Assembly (NCBI GenBank): GCA_050613775.1
Contig: JBODTK010000132.1
Span: forward strand, 124,001-188,000
Length of the DNA: 64,000 nt
Source of the DNA: Neocallimastix sp. 'constans'
Taxonomy: Eukaryota
Reading direction: 5' to 3'
Both the position numbers and the translations under genes were made by a program. Of the stretch, positions 58,125-64,000 are shown in pieces; the stretch's first letter is position 1; the number at the start of each line of letters is the position of its first letter. The notes below the pieces were generated by a model that saw nothing but the letters and a program-made list of their open reading frames with translations, made no database searches and was not told where the DNA came from.

Positions 58125-59523
58125 TTTTAAATATGGAAAACTTATATATATATTCCTTTCTATATATTTTTTTTTTTTTAAATTTTATTATTTATTTATT
58201 TATTATTTATTTATTATTATTATAATTTATATATTATTACTTATTATTATTATTTATTTTTATTATTATTTATTATTATTTATTAATTATTATTTATTAA
58301 CTATTATTTATATATTTTTATTATTAATTAGTATTATTTTAAATATTTAAATTTTAATATTTTAATATTATTAAAATAATTTATTAATATATTCTTCCAT
58401 ATAATTTTATATATTATTCTATATATTATTTTATTATGCCATTTACTTTTTTTTTTACTTTTCTAAAACAAAATTTTAAAAAATAAATTTTATTTTTATT
58501 ATAATTTTTTTTTGATATATAATATTTGTCTATGAAAAATCATTATATATTATAATATATTATAATATGTAGGATTAAAAAATAGAGTATTTAAAATTGT
58601 ATTTTAATTATATTTAATGGTTAGAATTACTTATGAATTTTTAAACTTTATTAGTTATAATATTAATTAAAAAATTTAAACAACACCCTTATTTTTTATA
58701 CCATTTAATTGAAATATATAGATTATATTTAATTAATTATATTTACACTATTTATTCACTTCTAATCAATAATATATTAACTTTATGGTATCATTTTTAA
58801 ATTTAAAATTCAAAAATAACAAATAATAAAATAAGAATATAAAAAAAATACATAAATCTTTATATAATAATCATAATAATATAATATAATATAATATATA
58901 GCTAAATATATTATATTATAGTCTGTTCATATATTTCTCATATGTAAAATAGGATATTTTAAATATAAATAATAGAGTAAAAGAGACTATAATAAAATTT
59001 TGTAAACTCAATTCAATTAATCTAAAATAAGAAATATATAATATAGTATACATTAATATATAATGATCTGTAAAATAATATATTTGATGTTTGGTTAAAT
59101 AAATCCTATTTGTTATTCATTAAAATCTATTATTGTGGTTTTTAGACTACTATGATTGTTTATAGTATCACTATTTATTTATTTATTTATTCACTTATTT
59201 ATTTGCTATAAATTTATTAAGTTATATATTAATTATATATTTATTTAATACGTATTTACCAAATAATACATTTTAGTAATTTATGAAAATATAATATTTA
59301 AATTTTTTGATTTATTTATTATTATTTAATATTTTTAATACTATTAAATATTTATTATTTAATTATTTATTATTTAATTTTTTATTGTTTATTTATTATT
59401 TATTTATTATTTATTTATTATTTATTAATTATTAATTAATATTTATAAATATTAATTATTATTTTTTAATTATTATTTATTATTTATTCATTTATTTATT
59501 ATTATTTATAAATTATTACTTAT

Positions 59524-59843
59524 TGTTAGCTTTATTAAATTTAGATCTATAATAATATTCCTTATGGAATATGGTATACAAGGGAAATAAGTGTATGATC
59601 TATCTTTCAGCTTTAAATAAGTAATAAAGTCACATGTTACAACATGCGTTTTCCATAACATAAAATAAATTAAAAATTAATTAAATAAATATTAAAAGAT
59701 AATTAACATAGATTTATACAAGACGATAGATCATAATACATTTAAGTAATCATTAAATATAAATAAATAAATACACATAAATATAAATAAATACTATAAA
59801 TAAATAAATTAAATATATAGTTAAATTATGAGTGCAGTCAACA
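59524..59843 (-). repeat. 3' LTR of element C, 320 bp
   Basis: TG...CA termini, adjacent PPT, and homology to 20708-20980. Confidence 0.92.
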
Positions 59844-59863
59844 CTCCCCCTCAAATAATATTT

Positions 59864-62800
59864 TTAGATAAAAATGTTGTTTGTAAATTTTTGTATCTTT
59901 GGTCCATTTGAGTCCTTGGTTAATATGTCCGCTAGCATGTTTTCAGTATCAATATATTCTAATTTTACTTTCTTCTTTGCAATATTGTCCCTGTTGAAAT
60001 GATATCTTACACTTATATGCTTTAATTTTGTATTTATTTCTCCGTTCTCCATTATTTTCTTACTTGCTTGATTATCTGTATAGATTTTAACAGTTATCCA
60101 TTTGTTTAAAATTTCTTTTATTATATTTCTAATCCATAATATTTTCTTTATATTTTCGGAAGTGCTTATGTACTCTGCTTCAGCAGTAGACGTAGCAACA
60201 CTTGTTTGTTTCTTGGACAACCAGCATATCGGACTTGTTCCCATAAGTATTATTCCTCCTGAGGTAGATTTTCTATCTTCCAAACAGCCGGCAAAGTCAG
60301 AGTCGGTATATGCAACAAGCTCCCCCTTTCCATTATATTCTATCTTAAATTCTTTGGTACTATTAATATATTTTAGAATATTTATTATTTTGTTCCAATC
60401 CGATATAGTTGGATTTTCACATTTTCTTGAAGCTTTATTTACAGCGAAAGCTATGTCAGGTCTAGTACATTTCGAAAGGTATATTAAGGAACCTATTGCG
60501 CTTTTGTAGATTGTTTTATCGAAAGGTTTATTGTTTTCTGATATTTTATTATCACCAGTACATGGTGTTTTTCTTTTCTTTGTATTATCAATATTAAATT
60601 TATATAACATATTATTTATAAAATTTTTCTGTGAAATAATATATGAATTATTTTCTTTCTTTACTTCAATTCCTAATATGTATTCAATTGGATCACATTT
60701 AGATATTTTAAATTTTGATTTTATTTTATTTATTATTTGTTTAATGTATTCGTTTTCTCCAGCGATGACCATGTCGTCCACGTATAAGCCGATAATGCAT
60801 TTTGTTATATTATTTTTTGTAAATTTGAAAATACGTTGTTCGGATTTAATTTGAATGAACTTATTTTTTATTAGAAATTTTCTAATGGTATTATACCATT
60901 GTCTACCAGATTGCTTAAGGCCATACAAAGCTTTGTTGAGCTTCCAATATCCCCGCCCAAAGCGCGTATCGCCTTTAGGAATAGTAGTATAAATATCTTT
61001 ATCAAGCGGAGCATTAAGGTAAGCGGCCTTTATATCTAGCTGGAAAATATTCCACTTAAGAGCAGCAGAAATAGCGAATATTAATTTAAGACCATCAATG
61101 TTTAGAGTAGGAGAAAAAGTTAATTCATAATCGATTCCCCATTTTTGTTTAAATCCACGAGCAACTAAACGAGCTTTATATTTATAAATATTATTATTTG
61201 AATCACGTTTAGTGTTGAAAACCCATTTTGTGGTAATGATGTTCTTGTTTTTAGGTACATTTTTAACAAAAGTCATAATATTATTAGAATAAAGGTTATT
61301 AAGTTCATCATTAATAGCCTCAATCCAGTTATTTTTGTCTTCACTGTTTATTGCTTCTTCATACGTATTAGGAATGTGACAAAATATAGAAGCAATAATA
61401 ATGTCGTTGATTTGGTCTAGTTTTCTACGAGAACTAATATTAGTAGGTGCAGTCTCTTTATATTTTGGACTAAGTGGTCTTTTATGGATATTGCCATATT
61501 CTGTATTGGCTACAATGTCATCCATAATTTCATCATTATTAAAATCAATAACACTTGATGCATCTATAAGAGATTTGTGGGCATAATTTTCTTTATTTAC
61601 TATATTATTGTTGTTAAATTTATTATTTATTTCGTTATTATTAGTAAGTGAAATTTCGTCTGTTTTTTGAGAAATTTGGTTGGTTGAAGAATCGGTTATT
61701 AAAGGTAAATTCTGATTAAAATTATATGGAAGAGTTATATTTTTAAGATTTTCCATTACCGTATTTTTATTATCTGAAGGAATATTATTGATATCTATTG
61801 TAGGAGTGGAGAAATTATAGTTTTTCTTCATAGAGTCGCTGGATTTTGAATTTTGTTGAATTAATTTATTATTTTTCGATAAAAAATTTTTATTAATAAA
61901 ATTTTGATCATTTTTTGGAAAATTTTTGATATTCATTGATTTATTTGAATTATTAATAGATTTATGTGAATCATTATTGTTGTCATATGTAATATGTGAT
62001 TCATTAGTGTTATTTGAAATTATTGAATTATTTGAAAATTTTTTGATATGATATGAATGTGATTTTGCTTCAGCCAATAGATTTTCTTGAATTTTTTCAT
62101 CATTTTTTGAAAAATTTTTATTATTAAAATTTTTTTTCATATTATTATTATTTATTGTAAAATTCTGTAAATTTTGGCTTGATTTTTCATTATTTAAAAA
62201 TATTTTATTTTTATCAAAATTTTCAAATTCGGTTATTTTTTCTTTTCCTTTGTTCCTGCTGGAAGTTGAGGCGGCGTAAGCAGGATCTTCTGGTTTATAT
62301 TTTTCAATAATGTTAGAATTAAAATTGGTATTCTTAATATTATTTCTAAACTTTTTATTATAATTTTTATTTATTATTTCTAAATTTCTATTTATCTCAT
62401 TCAAATAATTATTTTCAGAATTATTTTTGTCAACATTGTTGAAATTGAATTTCAATTTAAATTCGCAATTATTTTTATTTTTAATTTCAGGATTAATTTT
62501 AGAATTAATTTCAACATCTTTATTTAAATTATGGTTATTTTTCTGGTTTATATCTTTATTATCAAATTCTTGATTTTCTTCATTTAACGATATATTATTG
62601 ACATGCTTATTTTTAATGTAATTACTTTTATGTTCTGTATTAGTAGTCCTTTCATTATTAATATTTTCATTTAAAATGTTTTCTTCATTTAAGATGTTTC
62701 TTCCATTAAAATTATTTTCATTGTTCATATTATTATCTTCATTTATATTATTATCTTCATTTATATTATTATCTTCATTTATAATATTATCTTCTGGATT

Positions 62801-64000
62801 CATATCTTTTCTATTGTTGTCTTTCATAAACGAGAAGTAAGAGTCTTTATAATTGCTTGTTTCGTATTTGTGTTTACTAGGCTCTTCTTCAACGAATTCT
62901 ACATCGTTAGTATAATGTATTTTATTATTTTCAATATCCATGATAATATATGAATATTTTTTATCATCAAATCCCAAGAATACGCCCTTCTTAGCATTTG
63001 GTAAAAATTTTGATTTGTGTTGTGTATCATCCCTGTAATAACACACACAACCAAAGGTTTTTAAATGTTTTAACTCTACCTTTTTGTTGTAAAATACTTC
63101 ATTGGGTATTAAAAATTTATTTCCTGAATGGGGAATTAAGTTATATATGTAGCATGCCTGTTTTATGGCGAAATTCCAAAAGTTTTCTGATAATTCTGCC
63201 CAATATAGAAGAGTTTTAGCTGAATTTCTAAGAGTTCTGTTTATTCTTTCAGCTTTTCCATTAACTTCAGGACAACCTGGAGGAGAATAGGTTTTTTCTA
63301 TTCCATTTTCTTTACAGTATTTATTAACTGTTTTATTTTTAAATTCCTTTCCTCCATCTGATTTAAATATTTTAATATTATATTCTTCAAATTGGTTATT
63401 TAAGTACTTGAAGAATTCCACAATTAATTCGGGGGCTTCGGCTTTAGATTTTAAAGTATATATCCATACTTTTCTTGAGAATTCATCCATGAATGTAATA
63501 AAGTATTTTTTATTATTGATAGATGAATTGTATGGACCTGAAATGTCTGAATGTATTATTTCTAATATTTTCGTAGCTTTTGGTGTTTTTCCTCCGTGTG
63601 ATTTCCTTGACATTTTAGCTACTTTACATTCTATGCATTTAGGAGTTTTTATTTGGTGTAAACTTAGATATTTGTTTATGTTTTCTAGGTAATAATGACC
63701 TAGTCTTCTATGCCAAATTTCAAGGCTTTTTTCATCAACTTCGTTTAAAGCCATAATATTTTTATCCTTTTCTTCAAAGTTTTTATTAATCTTGTAAGTA
63801 TTTACTAAGAATTGATTATCATTTGTAGAATAATAAGTTCCTATATATACATTATTTGGACCCCATAAGTTAAATCTACCACGTGTATAATCATCAGTGT
63901 CAATAATGACTCTATATCCTATTTTGGCCAGTTCTATTCCACTAATAAGATTTTTAGTTGCAGATTTTGAATATAATACCTTGTCTAGTCGTAAATATAT
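59864..64000 (-). CDS. pol: Copia Pol polyprotein (end of protease, integrase, long Asn-rich linker, RT, RNase H), 5'-partial
   Basis: The frame stays open from 64000 (VLYSKSATKNLISG) to the stop at 59864. Integrase WHRRLGH/CIEC, IHSDISGP, KSDGGKEF, NGKAERIN. RT KARLVARGF, QLDIKAAYL, LYGLKQSG, LYVDDM. RNase H YTDSDFAG, AEAEY, YTDNQ, LADILTK. Confidence 0.95.
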   Translation of the reverse strand: MYLRLDKVLYSKSATKNLISGIELAKIGYRVIIDTDDYTRGRFNLWGPNNVYIGTYYSTNDNQFLVNTYKINKNFEEKDKNIMALNEVDEKSLEIWHRRLGHYYLENINKYLSLHQIKTPKCIECKVAKMSRKSHGGKTPKATKILEIIHSDISGPYNSSINNKKYFITFMDEFSRKVWIYTLKSKAEAPELIVEFFKYLNNQFEEYNIKIFKSDGGKEFKNKTVNKYCKENGIEKTYSPPGCPEVNGKAERINRTLRNSAKTLLYWAELSENFWNFAIKQACYIYNLIPHSGNKFLIPNEVFYNKKVELKHLKTFGCVCYYRDDTQHKSKFLPNAKKGVFLGFDDKKYSYIIMDIENNKIHYTNDVEFVEEEPSKHKYETSNYKDSYFSFMKDNNRKDMNPEDNIINEDNNINEDNNINEDNNMNNENNFNGRNILNEENILNENINNERTTNTEHKSNYIKNKHVNNISLNEENQEFDNKDINQKNNHNLNKDVEINSKINPEIKNKNNCEFKLKFNFNNVDKNNSENNYLNEINRNLEIINKNYNKKFRNNIKNTNFNSNIIEKYKPEDPAYAASTSSRNKGKEKITEFENFDKNKIFLNNEKSSQNLQNFTINNNNMKKNFNNKNFSKNDEKIQENLLAEAKSHSYHIKKFSNNSIISNNTNESHITYDNNNDSHKSINNSNKSMNIKNFPKNDQNFINKNFLSKNNKLIQQNSKSSDSMKKNYNFSTPTIDINNIPSDNKNTVMENLKNITLPYNFNQNLPLITDSSTNQISQKTDEISLTNNNEINNKFNNNNIVNKENYAHKSLIDASSVIDFNNDEIMDDIVANTEYGNIHKRPLSPKYKETAPTNISSRRKLDQINDIIIASIFCHIPNTYEEAINSEDKNNWIEAINDELNNLYSNNIMTFVKNVPKNKNIITTKWVFNTKRDSNNNIYKYKARLVARGFKQKWGIDYELTFSPTLNIDGLKLIFAISAALKWNIFQLDIKAAYLNAPLDKDIYTTIPKGDTRFGRGYWKLNKALYGLKQSGRQWYNTIRKFLIKNKFIQIKSEQRIFKFTKNNITKCIIGLYVDDMVIAGENEYIKQIINKIKSKFKISKCDPIEYILGIEVKKENNSYIISQKNFINNMLYKFNIDNTKKRKTPCTGDNKISENNKPFDKTIYKSAIGSLIYLSKCTRPDIAFAVNKASRKCENPTISDWNKIINILKYINSTKEFKIEYNGKGELVAYTDSDFAGCLEDRKSTSGGIILMGTSPICWLSKKQTSVATSTAEAEYISTSENIKKILWIRNIIKEILNKWITVKIYTDNQASKKIMENGEINTKLKHISVRYHFNRDNIAKKKVKLEYIDTENMLADILTKDSNGPKIQKFTNNIFI

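Larger units (their letters stand above)
59524..64000 (-). mobile_element. Ty1/copia LTR retrotransposon (element C) with an open pol ORF; 5' part lies beyond the window
   Basis: 3' LTR 59524-59843 (TGTT...AACA), PPT GAGGGGGAG at 59852-59844, and domain order PR-INT-RT-RH. Confidence 0.95.

Overview
Extremely AT-rich eukaryotic genomic DNA with GT-AG introns, long A/T homopolymers and AAT / TAAATAA microsatellites. The proteins are fungal-like and the composition suggests an anaerobic gut fungus (Neocallimastigomycota); this is inferred, not proven. I built six host gene models by hand: a PKA catalytic subunit with a ~540-aa low-complexity N-terminal extension (-), an intronless Vtc4 polyphosphate polymerase (-), a membrane-bound SREBP-type bHLH factor (+), Got1 (+), a secreted Cys-rich/acidic protein (+) and a Rex3/REXO1 DEDDh exonuclease (-). 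The rest is low-complexity DNA and LTR retroelements: one Ty1/copia element with an open pol ORF cut by the right window edge, three decayed copia elements, a 1.17-kb gag-only mini-element with paired LTRs, and a Ty3/gypsy RT remnant. The most notable observation is that three different copia-type elements carry a primer-binding site complementary to the anticodon arm of tRNA-Lys(CUU), implying half-tRNA-Lys priming. Also notable: the Vtc4 SPX domain has lost most inositol-pyrophosphate-binding residues, the PKA N-terminus carries an array of LxxIxE-type (PP2A-B56) motifs, and a full two-TM SREBP is retained in a probably sterol-free lineage. All coordinates were counted by eye, and no database searches were run.
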